A program made the position numbers and the translations under genes. 64,000 bases of DNA, from contig NC_134027.1 in assembly GCF_964204645.1 (NCBI RefSeq), positions 19,120,560 to 19,184,559 on the forward strand, given 5' to 3'. Origin of the DNA: Tubulanus polymorphus (lineage: Eukaryota; Animalia; Nemertea). Below are positions 37,792 through 50,100 of the stretch, in pieces (the first letter of the stretch is position 1; each line of letters starts with the position of its first letter). The notes beneath the pieces are model-generated. The model saw only the letters and a program-made list of their open reading frames with translations, did not search any database and was not told where the DNA came from.

Positions 37792-38357
37792 TTCCTTTTG
37801 TTAACCGAGTAGACCTGAACCTGTAACTTCTCCAATCTAGCAGCAATTGGAGAACAGGTATCCAGGGCAGATTTAGAGGCTGATCCAAGGGGGTCAGGAC
37901 CCCCAAAATTTGTTCCCTACAAATGTCTACCTCAAAAATCCTAAGTGACCTTCTTCACTAAAGGTGGGTAAATATAAAACAAACAGAAGTGGTATTTTCT
38001 CATGCAAAATGATATACAATGGTATTGTGATTTTGGATTAATTTCATTGCTCAACGTCGTGGAAATCCCACCCAATTCTTCTCAAAATTTTAAACCATTT
38101 CTATTTTCGAAGGCCATAAGGGCTAAATCGTTATGTGTCTTTTCTTGCATTGTCCTTCAGTAACATTTCATATGGTCCCTTTTTACTTCCCTGGACCCTA
38201 CCCCTACTAAAGTCATCCTGTTAAGATATACAAGTCTACAGTGATTGAATTACTGGGGTTTATTTGTGTACTGGTACACAGAATTTATTCGTCGGTTCAG
38301 TTGCCCCATTGCCCCCAATGAAATTTTAGAAAAGTGCCCTTAGTGCAAATATTGTTA

Positions 38358-39411
38358 CAGTGGAACCTCGTTATAACGAACTCCACGGGACCTGATAACA
38401 CATTCGTAATAACCGATAGTTCGTTATATCCAGTATGAAAATAATTAAATTGCCTTACTTGGGACGAAATTCTATCCAGTCTACCTCGGATGTAACGTCG
38501 TTGGATTTACCGTAGATTCACTTATATCATATTATTTCCCAGGTCCCGATTTTTTCCTTCTATTAGGCTTTAGAAAAACCTTGAATATACCGTATTTTTT
38601 ATAACGTAGATCACTTATATCGTATAAATTATTTGGTCCCAATTAGTCAAATCAACTTAGGCTTAACAAAAATGATACCTTGTTTCTCCGCAGCGGCCGG
38701 GTCATTTTTGTAAAATATGATAAATTTTGTAAACAGTTCATTTCTATAGCGGCCGGGTCTGTTATGGTAAAATTGATCACGACTTTAAAAAAAAGTAATG
38801 TACAGAGTAGATAGGCGGCCGGCCTGGTCAAGTTTTAAGCTCAGCAGAGCTGAGAAACAAGGTATCAATTTTTTTTTAGCCTTAATTATCCTCGGATATA
38901 ACGTATCGAAAAAATTAAAAAATGAGAAAAAATACGACTTATAAAAACGAAAGTGTTAATACACTGCAATAGCCCTACTATACGCACATGTGCCATGTCC
39001 GAGTGATCGATAGTTTCCATGACAGCACTTACATACATGTAGAGGCGTATCATAGCCCTACACAATACGCTGTAATCAGTAGCGCGTGTTCTAAAGCAGC
39101 ATGATGCCTTCTGAAAGAAAGGTGTTTAGTTATCAAGAGAAGTATGATATTACTTGAGGCAAATAATAATTATTTCTTCTCTGATTATTCAACACATTGA
39201 AGGCTTTTTATGCACACCATAGGCATGCATGGTTTTTTAATGGCATTCGGATATAACGAAGTTTCTATGGTATATACATGTACGTATACCGTATTTCGGT
39301 TAAAATGTATAAATAATCTGGTCGCGACTGCTACGTTACATCCGAGGTAGACTGTATTTGTTATATCCGATGAATCGTTGTATCCGAGTCTGTTATAACG
39401 AGGTTGCACTG
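38358..39411. mobile_element. pogo/Tigger-like MITE with a second pogo-like MITE nested (38477-39354)
   Basis: Outer TIR CAGTGGAACCTCGTTATAAC / GTTATAACGAGGTTGCACTG; inner TIR CAGTCTACCTCGGATGTAACG / CGTTACATCCGAGGTAGACTG. Confidence 0.85.
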
Positions 39412-41598
39412 TGTGTCCTGCTACATGTATAAAGGTTTGCTGGTATTCTTTTTCGGGATTACCTTATCTCAGCATTACACTAATTAAGAAGATATTTTCA
39501 TGACTTTTGCCTTTCCTTGTGAATTTATTAACAAAATACTCGTATAAAAGAAACATGTATAATCATTAGGTTTCTCTCCTTATATGATATCATCAGTCGA
39601 TTATCATAAATGTAATAACAGGATATATTTTTTTTGTACAAAAAAGAAAAATTGTCAAGTTTCTAATAAATGGAATACTGTAGTATTTATTTAAGTAGTT
39701 TATTTACATTGCGTTCACTCGGTTTGAATAACTTTATGAAATGTCGATATATACATATCATTTTAAATGCATATACACAGTCCAATCCGTAAGAAAAATC
39801 AATTGTATATTGTCTATTTTAAAAGTTTACCCGTATTTCAATAAAATGCTCGCTCATTATACAAATGTATGGTTAACTGTCAACAACATATGCAGTTCTG
39901 GTCAAATCAATAAACTGCCAACTATAGCAGCAGATCCAGGTATTCACTATTTGCCAGTGAACCCCCACCCCATAAAAACCTACAGAAAAAAATTGGATTT
40001 GGAATCTACCTTTCCAGGCTGTGGTAAGATAATTTGAAAGAAGTACTTAAAAATTACAAAGGCCAGCAATCCATCGTAAATACTTTTAAGATACCTCAGA
40101 ATTCGTCTCAGAAAGCCAAATTCAAAAAACATTTCAAACAACATCCGTTTGACTATTGTGTGAACCAAATAAGCCAAATTCCTGGATCCGCCCTGACAAA
40201 CTGGGTAAATCAGTAAAAACTCAATAGGATAAAAAGCAAACATTTTCAAATAAATCATCATACTTAGCAATATGATCAGACTGGAGACTATGCCTAACCA
40301 AGTCGAGCAGAATATACTACACTACAGAGGTATTTTGAGATGATGTCATAAAAAGCTTATCAATTCTAGCATCTTGATATCGGAATACGTGTAGTGTTAA
40401 ACGAAAATAACAAATATATATGGTCGAATTCAGACTAGGCATCAGTCAATTTAAACCTGCTGTAATGATGATCATCTGAAGTTTATATAAAATTTAGCAT
40501 ACACTGATGTCCACCATACAGTAGTAATATCAATTTTCATTTCTATAAATCTACTAGCTAGACATTTGAAGAGTTTATACATTTTTCCTTACCCAACCTC
40601 CCCTCGTGCATATGTGTTCTCATACGACGTAGCAGTACTCATTCCGTTGCCGAAAATAATTTGTCTAATACTACTCTTCAAATTCACATGACATTATCGT
40701 CGATAATAAAGGTTTCGTAGCCAATGAAACGATACTATGATTGAATTAAATTTAATTATCATGATTCATTATTGACTTCAATGAATAAAAATATAATTGG
40801 TCATGGATATGGTTACATTTCAGGACAACTGGTACATGTATTACCAGTTGCCTTAATATGCTATAGGCCTATACAATAGATTTCATTTATTTGTGTCTAC
40901 GCATAACCAAAGCCGTACCCAGCAGGGGTAGGGGACAGTTACCCAGAAACTTTGGAAAAGTGCCCTTTTTGCAGATATTATTGTTATATCCCAAAGGACT
41001 ATCTTCCAGGCTTCACCAGTGTTCACAGACCCTCGCTTACAAATAATTACTATTGGCATACATTAGTGATTTTATCAGCACACTTTTAAATAGGGATCAT
41101 CCGGACAAAAAACTTCATTGGAAAATTTAGTTATATCCAGTATGAAGGAAATCAAATTTTCTCATTTTGGGTACGCATTTGTAAGATAAATCAATATAAT
41201 GAGTTTGCACTGTAGAAACAATCTCAGATATATGGAACGTAGGCCCGTGCTGAGCTTTTTTGAGGGGCAATTCTATTTCAAGATAAAAGGGCACTTTTTC
41301 ACCGTGATAAGGGGCACTTTCCTACTGAAAAAAAGACAGATCTTAATGTGAAGAACCCAGGTACATGAATAAATCACTTCAGAATGGATTACTTTTCATT
41401 TTAAAAAACAAACATGAAAATTGTATCCAAATTTCGAAAAATCTGACCTTTTGAAGGGCACTTTGAAAATTTTGGGCGGTTTGTTCGTTATCCCCAACCC
41501 CCCTTGTGCACGGGTCAAAACATAACATTTCATTCCTAATATGAACATACGTATGATTTCATACAGGTTACAACCTCTGAAGTTTGTTGTGTAACCAG

Positions 41599-41737
41599 GG
41601 GCCCGTTGCATAGTCATGGCTTAGACTTAAGACAAATCTAAGACCAACTTAGTTCTATAGCCAATCTAACAACTTAAGACCAGTCTTAAGATTTAAGAGC
41701 ACTTTTGGACTTAAGTCACGACTGTGCAACTGGGCCC
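41599..41737. mobile_element. Tourist/Harbinger-like short MITE (similar element at about 43064-43191)
   Basis: GGGCCCGTTGCATAGTC / GACTGTGCAACTGGGCCC with CTTAAG-rich interior. Confidence 0.65.
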
Positions 41738-41971
41738 TGGGTTCTAATACCAGGTTATACTTGCACAATTGTTTAAGACATCCTACTTGAGCTGAGTCAA
41801 ATGTATCTTCATATTAGTATTATCCGAAACCAGCTCTGACATAAACTACGTTAGAAATATCAAAGCCATTATACTGATACTGATACTGCAATTCAAAATG
41901 AATCGAAATAAAAACCGAATCCCCCAGTTGTATGACGAGGTTCGACTAGTTAATGGATTTATGCAGATTGT

Positions 41972-42337
41972 GGGACCATCCATTTAATACATATGCACGA
42001 TAGGGGAGGGGTTGAAAATGCATACAAAACCGTACAGGGGAGGGTGCGGGATACATGGCTCTGCGTACGCACCTATTAATCGTTTTTGCACACTGATGAT
42101 GATTTTATTTGCACTTTATTATAATACCCAGTACCGTTGACGCTGCCTATCCGCTGAAAACAACTAAACGTGTTGTAGTCAATGATATAAAAACGTCAAA
42201 TTCTTTATACAAAAATAGCAGTTCACATATGTACAGTAGGGGGGCGGTTAAGAGAAAAAGTACAGCTGCGTACAAGGGAAGGGGGTTCAAAAATCAGCAG
42301 ATTTTTGCGTACCGGTATGTACTAAATGGATGGTCCC
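41972..42337. mobile_element. Harbinger-like MITE (relative at about 47060-47220)
   Basis: TIR GGGACCATCCATTTA / TAAATGGATGGTCCC; 3-bp TSD TGT. Confidence 0.75.
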
Positions 42338-42453
42338 TGTACAGACTTCAATCATCTCCAAGAAGGAACAGATCGATACCTACAGGACACTAAGACCATA
42401 ATATATATATAAAATACAATCCAGTGGAAATACAAAACAATGGAATATCAATA

Positions 42454-42955
42454 CAGTCAACCCTGCATAAGTCGTAGTCCTCAGGACTGACGCTTTTACT
42501 ACGACTTACATGATGTATGAGTAACGTGTAAGTCGTATTTTTACGAGTTATCTATAAGTCATGGTTTTATACGAATTCCGCGAATAACCTGTGAAAATAC
42601 GATATGACGTTCAGATTCCAGCATCGCTCAATCACTAAATTAAAGCAGCCACGTGCGCCACGTCACATGAAAATTAGATTGTAACAGTCTGAACACTTAC
42701 ACTGACAATATTGTAGCGTATTTTCTATCCGCTGCTATGGCATATCGGGCTACGACTTACACGAGGTATTTTGAATGGAATCACATGATTTGGCTTCTAA
42801 AATTGATATGACTTATGTGAAAATACGACTTATGAAGTACGAGTTATAAGCCTAATTTCATAAGGTTTAACAAAGAAGAAAATCGGGACCAAATTAATCA
42901 TACGAGATATGTGATGATAGGTCTAATTCGATGACGACTTATGCAGGGTTGACTG
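42454..42955. mobile_element. Tc1/pogo-like MITE
   Basis: TA|CAGTCAACCCTGCATAAGTCGT ... ACGACTTATGCAGGGTTGACTG|TA. Confidence 0.88.
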
Positions 42956-43466
42956 TAGCTATAGATAGAATAAGTGTGGCCCCCACCATTGGCACATGAG
43001 GTTGTGAGAGAGAATGTAAGTGAAGAGATCCGGTCACTTTCCCGAAAAGTAAGATATCATACTGGGGCCAGTGGCTCAAATGTAAGTTAAAGATAACCAG
43101 TGGATAAATACCATAGCAACGATTGACTTCCAATTGTCACCATGTCAACTATCCACTGGTAAGCCCTAACCAACGTTTGAGCAACTGGCCCCAGAACGCT
43201 TTAGGTAACTACATGTGGCTTCGCAATGCCGTGGTGGATACTCACAACAATGAACTTCAGAAAATTTTGAAAATGCATTTGGTCATAATCCGTAGTTTGT
43301 TCTATCTAATATGGAATGAATAAACTTTGGGATGAAATTCTAGCTTTTTACCAGATATAGAGTACAAATCATGACATCTGAGGTTGTTTTAATAAGGTTC
43401 CACTTCATAACCACACTACGAAAAGTAACACTTCAATTTGAAATATACATGAAATACATGCGAGAC

Positions 43467-46328
43467 TCATTTCTTCGCTTGCATAAGTTGTCTTTTATAC
43501 TGTCGAGCCCAACATCCTTGTTCGTGTTTCTCTTTTAAACCTTTGCGAAGGAATCCTTTCAAACAAACTTGACACTCGTGCGGATATTGGTGGCTATGAG
43601 TGATGATAACATGATCACGAAGTTGAGAATTCCAAACGAAGACTCTTTGACACACATTACATGTGTGATTTTGATCGATGTGCATTTGCACATTCAAACA
43701 TCGCTGCATACACAACGGGCAATTCCTCGAAGCAGAGGAGCTTCCTCCGCTGGTTGGAGAAGCTTGTTCCAATATGGTCATCGCATCTTTTTTCGGCTTC
43801 TTCTTTTTGAAGTATAATTTGGCATGTTTTTTCAACTCGCTGATTGAACTGAAATTCTTCCTGCAGATAGCGCAGGTGTTCTTCTCATCTTCGCCGGGAA
43901 GAGAATGTGCAATTACCTCCAAGAATGATGAGAGCTGTTTGTCACATAAACTGCACTGATGTCTTTGAATTTCGTTACTTGCTTCGTAACTAGTTGTCGC
44001 CTCGTTGACAGTAGTATCGGCGGCCTGCTGTACTACATTGCTTAGGTCAACATTTGTTAACTGGACTAGATTATCATGAGTACTCAATGACCCCCTGATA
44101 TTATGGTCCATAACCGAGTTCTTAACTAAATCAGTATTCACATGTCTAATATCGTCACATAATGCTGCAGTTCTTACATCAGTGTTACCGACATCATAGG
44201 TATCTTTGTGACTGACATCATCACATAATGTGGAGTTTCTTACATCTTTGTTATCTGCATTGACATCAGTATTCAGGTGTATAAAAGATGGTCTTATATC
44301 ATTGTTATCTGCTCTGCACTCATCGATATTTGCTCTAACAAAATCATTATTAGCTAAAACATCACCAGTAATGATGTCTCTTTCATCATCAGTGTTTTTA
44401 ATTCCTGTGACATCAGTACAAGGTGTTTCGTTGAAATCATCAGTTTTTGCCTGAACATGGCTCGCCGGACAGTCAGATGACATAATACTTAGATTGGTAC
44501 AATCAGCATCCGTCCAATCTTCAGTATCATTCATGTTATCATTTGATGGAGTTTTTTCATCTTCAATCATCACTTTACATTTCTTTACTAACTTTTCTTT
44601 TGGTGGACGGCCACGTTTGCGCTTCATTCCAGTCACAGTCGACACTGGTTTCTGTTTCGTCTCTTTTTTCCTAGTGAACAAATTCCTAAATGGCCTTCCT
44701 TTTTTCTTTCGAGCCACTACTTTTGGAACCTTTTTTTCTTGTTTACCTTTTGCAGGCTGTCTTTTGCCTTGCATTGGATTGTTAACACCAGCCTTCTTTG
44801 GACATTTATTGACCCACATAGGCAAAATAGTACCATCTTTGTGATGTTGTACATGTTTATCGGCTAATCTCTTCTTTGTAAATGCTCGGTCACAAAATTC
44901 ACATGGGAATAATTCTAATTTTGGTACTATTTCTTCTTCTTCATCTTCTAAATCATCCTCATTCTCCGATGAAAGTTTTTGATCATTCATCTTTTCAGAA
45001 AATTCGCCCGACAATTTTTGAAACATATCTGGTAACTCTGCAGATAATTCGTTAGACTGAGCTGCTGTTATCTCTTCAGAGTCTGAAAAAAGGGGTTTAA
45101 GGATTACATCAGACTTCCCAGTTGTTGACATATTTGCAATTCGAACCTTTGCAGATCTTAAAAATCTAGAAAGCTTTGATGAATTCTGCTGTTCTTGTTC
45201 CATTCTATTGGTTGCATCACCTTCAGTTGTAACGATGGCTTCGATAGCTTCCGATGTTCTGCATCTTTTTCTTACTGACGACAAAGTTTTTTTGCTTAAT
45301 TCTGTTCCTTCATCAATAACTTTCTCAGAATCTTCTTGAGTATTGTTAATATCACTATCATTACAAACTACTGAACCCTTAACTGAACAGCTAGCTATAC
45401 AAACAGCATGGGAAGAATCACCATCCTTTTCTTGTTCATCATTTGCTGCAGGTATCATTTCGAATGCATTTTTCTCTACAGCAATTCTATCATCTTGATC
45501 AATCTCAACAGGAATATCATCCTTTTCTAGAGTATGCTCTACACAACCAGGTTCAGCCAGAGACCCATTTAGTTCTGATGTTGTCATAGCAACATCATCC
45601 TTTGCATTTTGAACAGACAGTTCAATTGTAGGTGAAGATATGGCAACATCATTCCTAACAGAAGACCCCTGATCAGCAGATATCACTTCATTAACTCCAA
45701 GTTTAGTCGTGGCAACATCATTCTCTTCAAAAGTAAACTCCCTACCAACAGATTTGATTTTTTCAACTTCTGGTCCAGTCATTGCAACGCAATCAGCTTT
45801 TTCAAAAATAGGCTCCCCATCAACAGCATTCACTTCTTTAATCTCAGCTTCTGCAATCAAGGCAATACCTTCATTTTTCTCAGATTCAGCAATAGTCATT
45901 TCAACTTCTGATGTATTCATGGTCACGCTATCATTATGATCGCCGATGCCAGTGTGTCCCCCTGTAGCAAGTTTGTCATGGGTACAGGTTGATTTATTTT
46001 CTTGTGGAACAACAGGTCTCATCAAATCACTATCGTTGAATGACTGATCACTAGCAAAATCATTCGATTTCGTAATACTTTCTACTGGTGGCATGGGTTC
46101 AGTTTCCAATGAAATATCATCAGTGTTCAGTGTGTCAGAAATTTTTCCACATGCATCACTAACAATGGCACCATCGGAAATACTATTTTCATCATTTTTC
46201 TCCATTGATTCGACTATTTCTCTCGTGGCTACATGAATTTCCAGATTCGCTGAGGTGCGGACAGCCCCAAGATCTATAGGAAAATTGTTGTAATCATTTG
46301 TGACTGAATGCTTTTCACCACTGAGTTC
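43467..46328 (-). CDS. AT-hook and C2H2 zinc-finger protein, large terminal coding exon
   Basis: Open ~950-codon frame after acceptor TTTTTGCAG| (phase 0); finger FPCEFCDRAFTKKRLADKHVQHH, AT-hook KRKRGRPPK and similar KKKGRPFR, C-terminal finger cluster (CNVCQRVFVWNSQLRDHVIITH, CQVCLKGFLRKGLKEKHEQGC). Confidence 0.92.
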   Translation of the reverse strand, partial: ELSGEKHSVTNDYNNFPIDLGAVRTSANLEIHVATREIVESMEKNDENSISDGAIVSDACGKISDTLNTDDISLETEPMPPVESITKSNDFASDQSFNDSDLMRPVVPQENKSTCTHDKLATGGHTGIGDHNDSVTMNTSEVEMTIAESEKNEGIALIAEAEIKEVNAVDGEPIFEKADCVAMTGPEVEKIKSVGREFTFEENDVATTKLGVNEVISADQGSSVRNDVAISSPTIELSVQNAKDDVAMTTSELNGSLAEPGCVEHTLEKDDIPVEIDQDDRIAVEKNAFEMIPAANDEQEKDGDSSHAVCIASCSVKGSVVCNDSDINNTQEDSEKVIDEGTELSKKTLSSVRKRCRTSEAIEAIVTTEGDATNRMEQEQQNSSKLSRFLRSAKVRIANMSTTGKSDVILKPLFSDSEEITAAQSNELSAELPDMFQKLSGEFSEKMNDQKLSSENEDDLEDEEEEIVPKLELFPCEFCDRAFTKKRLADKHVQHHKDGTILPMWVNKCPKKAGVNNPMQGKRQPAKGKQEKKVPKVVARKKKGRPFRNLFTRKKETKQKPVSTVTGMKRKRGRPPKEKLVKKCKVMIEDEKTPSNDNMNDTEDWTDADCTNLSIMSSDCPASHVQAKTDDFNETPCTDVTGIKNTDDERDIITGDVLANNDFVRANIDECRADNNDIRPSFIHLNTDVNADNKDVRNSTLCDDVSHKDTYDVGNTDVRTAALCDDIRHVNTDLVKNSVMDHNIRGSLSTHDNLVQLTNVDLSNVVQQAADTTVNEATTSYEASNEIQRHQCSLCDKQLSSFLEVIAHSLPGEDEKNTCAICRKNFSSISELKKHAKLYFKKKKPKKDAMTILEQASPTSGGSSSASRNCPLCMQRCLNVQMHIDQNHTCNVCQRVFVWNSQLRDHVIITHSHQYPHECQVCLKGFLRKGLKEKHEQGCWARQYKRQLMQAKK

Positions 46329-48885
46329 CTGCAAAAATAATGTCAAGAGAGTTACTCAAACGATTAATGGTGGATTCCTATTATGATATAACAAGTGAGC
46401 ACCCAATTCTTGTGGATTTTTCTGAAATGAAAAGTGATTCTAACTTAATTTGCGGAGGATATGAAGCCAATAAAAAGTATGGGTATGCTCGTGGTAACCA
46501 AAGTTATTGGAATCAGTCCAGCTTATAGTGTAAATGCATTCAATGGGTCCAGACCTCATGGTATTAGGTATATGATGAACCAACAGCCCAACGAGTTGGT
46601 TGAAACTACCAGTAGTCAAAATTACATTTAGTTTCATTCAGATACATGTATTACCATACCAACTTCCAAAATAATACAAAATTGATTTTTTACCCAGTGT
46701 AGATAGATGCATAACATAGTTTTTATTCATAATTGATTTACTTCAGAAGAAAGTATTTTTGATTCTTATTGAAATGTTCACAAATTGAAGCAATGGGGAA
46801 CTGACCTAGGAGATATCCTGCCAGATGGCAGCACTATCAGATGTATAAACGACAAAATAAGTTCATCTTTATATAAGTTTGATCTACATTTTTTGACCTT
46901 CCTATCAAAAAATTGTAAAATTTACACATTAAGATAAATCAGATTGAGCTTTAGCAAGGGTGAGATGCAAGATTCTAAAATTTTCACCTTTCAGCCCAAA
47001 ATACAGGATTTTTCACATCTTTTTCGTGTCAAAAATTCTATGACCCAAATCTTTCTTAAGGGATCATTCATTATTACGTACGCATAAAATTTGAATTTTT
47101 CAACCCCCCTCCCCCATGTACGCAAAAGCGACCATTTTTTCATACCGTATACATTAAGCATTACAGTATGCAATTGCACTTACCCCTCCCCTAATGCGTA
47201 CATAATAAGTGAATGACCCCGAAGAGATATATACCTAACATGATTTCATTGATGGATTGTTCAATTAGTACGTACACAAAAAAATAACTGATTTTTTAAC
47301 CCCTTCCCCTCACTGGTACTGAACAGTACTTTATTAACCATCCCCTGCACATTATAATTTTCAGAAACGGAACTTGTTAATGTTATGTTAACTGCCGTTT
47401 TATCTATGAAACCAAGTGAAATATGCAATAGCAAGGTCCGATCTAAGCACTCGCTGATTGAAGGGGACAAGGATATTCTCAAAATGGCAAGTAGCTTATC
47501 ATTTTCACTTGTCCATCAGGCTAGTGTATTTTTATGTCTCAAAGCTTTTTTCAAAATACAAGGATCATTGTGCCGCCAGTCACACTGCCTGTCTAGGGCA
47601 AGTCAATTTCTGAGGGGGCAAAAGTGAAGTTTCAGGTATGCTTGTCCCACAGGCAAGTGGCATTCATTTTCCAAGATTGGACCCTGCAATGGGAGTCGAA
47701 CTGGAACGATCAGAATCCTCATTGAATTTTTCTAAATTCCATTGATGCGGCCATGATAGTGGTCATTAGAACAACAACAAGTGTTGTATTGAGTTATAGC
47801 ATATTGTAAAATAATATTGTTACATGTACATACTAGGACTGTTTAGACCCCTCCCTCCCACATACGCATTTGCTTGCATTTTCTGACCCCCTCTCTCCCT
47901 ATCATTCGTACGTACTAATTGAACATACTGTTTAAACATGTTTAAGACAATGTAATAATTTTGTAATAAGGGTATACAAATCAGCAACTAAGAATGTAAT
48001 AATTTTGTAATAAGGGTATACAAATTAACAACTAACACTAGACTATGAACACGCACATGTACTATCTAGGGTCAAAGCAGAGCCCAGAGATAAAAGAACA
48101 TATACAGCCTTTAAGGAAAACTAAATACGATACAGCCTAGAAGAAACTTAACTCCGTTTTCGTTTGCGTTTAGTTTTATAACGTTCAGACCGCGTTCTGT
48201 AATTCGTTTTCGATTAGTTCCGAACGCGTTCCAACTTGTTAGGGACGAACATCCATTTCAGAATTATGCGTTTCGCTGCACACTTATGGGAGCCACGAAA
48301 CTTCGAACGCTCCTATTATAGACGTTTATGTAACTCCATGTATTTTATCATGTGGTATCCAAATACAAGTTGCACTCGAAAAGAAGGGAGCTGCTATAAA
48401 TACATATGTGCATTCGATGCGCGCGTGCCATACAAGTTGAATTTGAACCACAGTAGTTACTAGTTTGATTAGCATTTCTATTTCGTTTTATCACAAAAGA
48501 AATCGCAACGATCTCCGACGAAGGCCGGAAGCGTCATGAGTTATGTTACTTCTAGGCTGTACCGTAGAAATGTTCTGATGTCAAAATTGTCCATAAATTT
48601 CAAATAATTACCAAAATGTTCACATTTTTCGTACAAAAATTTACTTTTCAGAAATGTTCATATTTTTCACAAATGCATCTCATCCCTGCTTTAGGGTTCA
48701 CATTGGAGAAAATTATGGTTTGTTCCTAATTGAGCTTAACGGTGCCAACCCCAATGAATACAGAATACAGCACACTATATTGTCACATTTAATCAAAACT
48801 GAGACGATCATAGATGCCCGCAGACAAAGACTGCTGCCGCACATTGTACAGCTATGTGGGTGAGAGGATTTTGAACTTTTTTAAA

Positions 48886-49280
48886 AAACTAGGGGTCGAG
48901 AGACACCATGCCCACTTGTGCAACCATCAATGAATTGGATTAACCCCCCCCCCCCAGCTCATCCACTCGATTTCACTTCAATGGGGAGGTTATCCATTTC
49001 ATTGACGGCTGCATTGGTTGGGAAGTGCATTGGAATGTTCAACGATCTGACTACTTCAATATTCAACACCCTCTGGTGAACATATACTGAAACCAATGAC
49101 CTTGAAACTCACCACAATTACAGAACATGTCATGAGCTTCAATTTTGCAATAGATTGTGGTGACAAAATATGCCAGGTACCAACAGAATATTGATAGATA
49201 TACTAAGTTATTCCGCTATTCAACGCCCCCTGGTGACCAAAACCCAATGACATGAAACTTACCACAATCAAAGACAATGT
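48886..49280 (-). mobile_element. HINE-like element, 3' part, interrupted by a ~95-bp MITE (48919-49013)
   Basis: AACTAGGGGTCGAGAGACACCATGCCCACTTG plus tandem units; inserted TIR TGCAACCATCAATGAA / TTCATTGACGGCTGCA. Confidence 0.75.
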
Positions 49281-49375
49281 AATGTACTTATAATACAAAT
49301 GCATCTAATGTTTTCGATTCATTCAGGAATTAATACTATGGGATTTGCTGGTGGTAATATCAGTGAAACGAAAAG

Positions 49376-49968
49376 CAGACCTGCCAACCCTGAAATTTTC
49401 TTCCAATTAACACATATCTGAATTTTAAGTATTTTCAGAAACCAACCTTTTAACTGGTAGTTTTCATGAAAAGTAAGTAGCTTCCTTAACTATACACAAA
49501 AATCAAAATTTCATCCATCAAAATCTAATGTTTTTTTTGGCGGGACCTTCTTCTGTACGTTCTGTCTCATGTTCAGAATCGTGTGTGTCACTAGGCTCAG
49601 ACTGAGATGATGGATCTGAAGAAAATTCGGCATCAGACATGAGCGAATCATCCACACCAGACGCCATTTTCGATTCTACATAGATGGCGGTAGCTGACGG
49701 ACCTTCACAATAGCGGGTCACAAAGCAGTCAGAGTTCCGCCAAAGATCGTTAAAAAATTATTCTGGCGTGACTTACCGCAAAAGCGTGTAAATGAATATG
49801 ACGACTTTTATTCGCGTAATAAATGATATTTATTAAAACGTTATGGAAAAATATTTCCCAGATTTTGAATCTAATTGAAATACGTAACATTTAAAAAAAA
49901 AGTAACACCGTAATTTCACTTTCATTTACTTAACGATTCCGGGAAAAACAGAATGGTTGGCAGGTCTG
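49376..49968 (-). mobile_element. hAT-like deletion derivative with an acidic ORF start
   Basis: TIR CAGACCTGCCAACC / GGTTGGCAGGTCTG; internal MASGVDDSLMSDAEFSSD...EGPAKK; no clear TSD. Confidence 0.7.
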
Positions 49969-50053
49969 AATGAACATGACAAGGTTTACTTTATATGATA
50001 CAAATGAAATACTATTGCTAATCTAATTGTAAACAACAATCTAGGATGCTTAC

Positions 50054-50100
50054 CTCTAACCTCCTTTTCGTCGCTTCATTTACAACAATCATCGACTGGC
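50054..50100 (-). CDS. Probable 47-nt internal exon of the AT-hook/ZF gene
   Basis: TTTTTTTCAG| ... GAG|GTAAGC; phase 1 in, phase 0 out; (G)QSMIVVNEATKRRLE joins in frame to ELSG at 46328. Confidence 0.65.

Noticed and set aside
35924-45939. Antisense and alternate-frame ORFs overlapping the two zinc-finger genes
   Set aside because: Shadows of long coding sequences with no independent motifs.
49482-49496. Plus-strand U12 branch-like TTCCTTAAC followed by AC
   Set aside because: Inside a MITE, with no matching donor or plus-strand gene.
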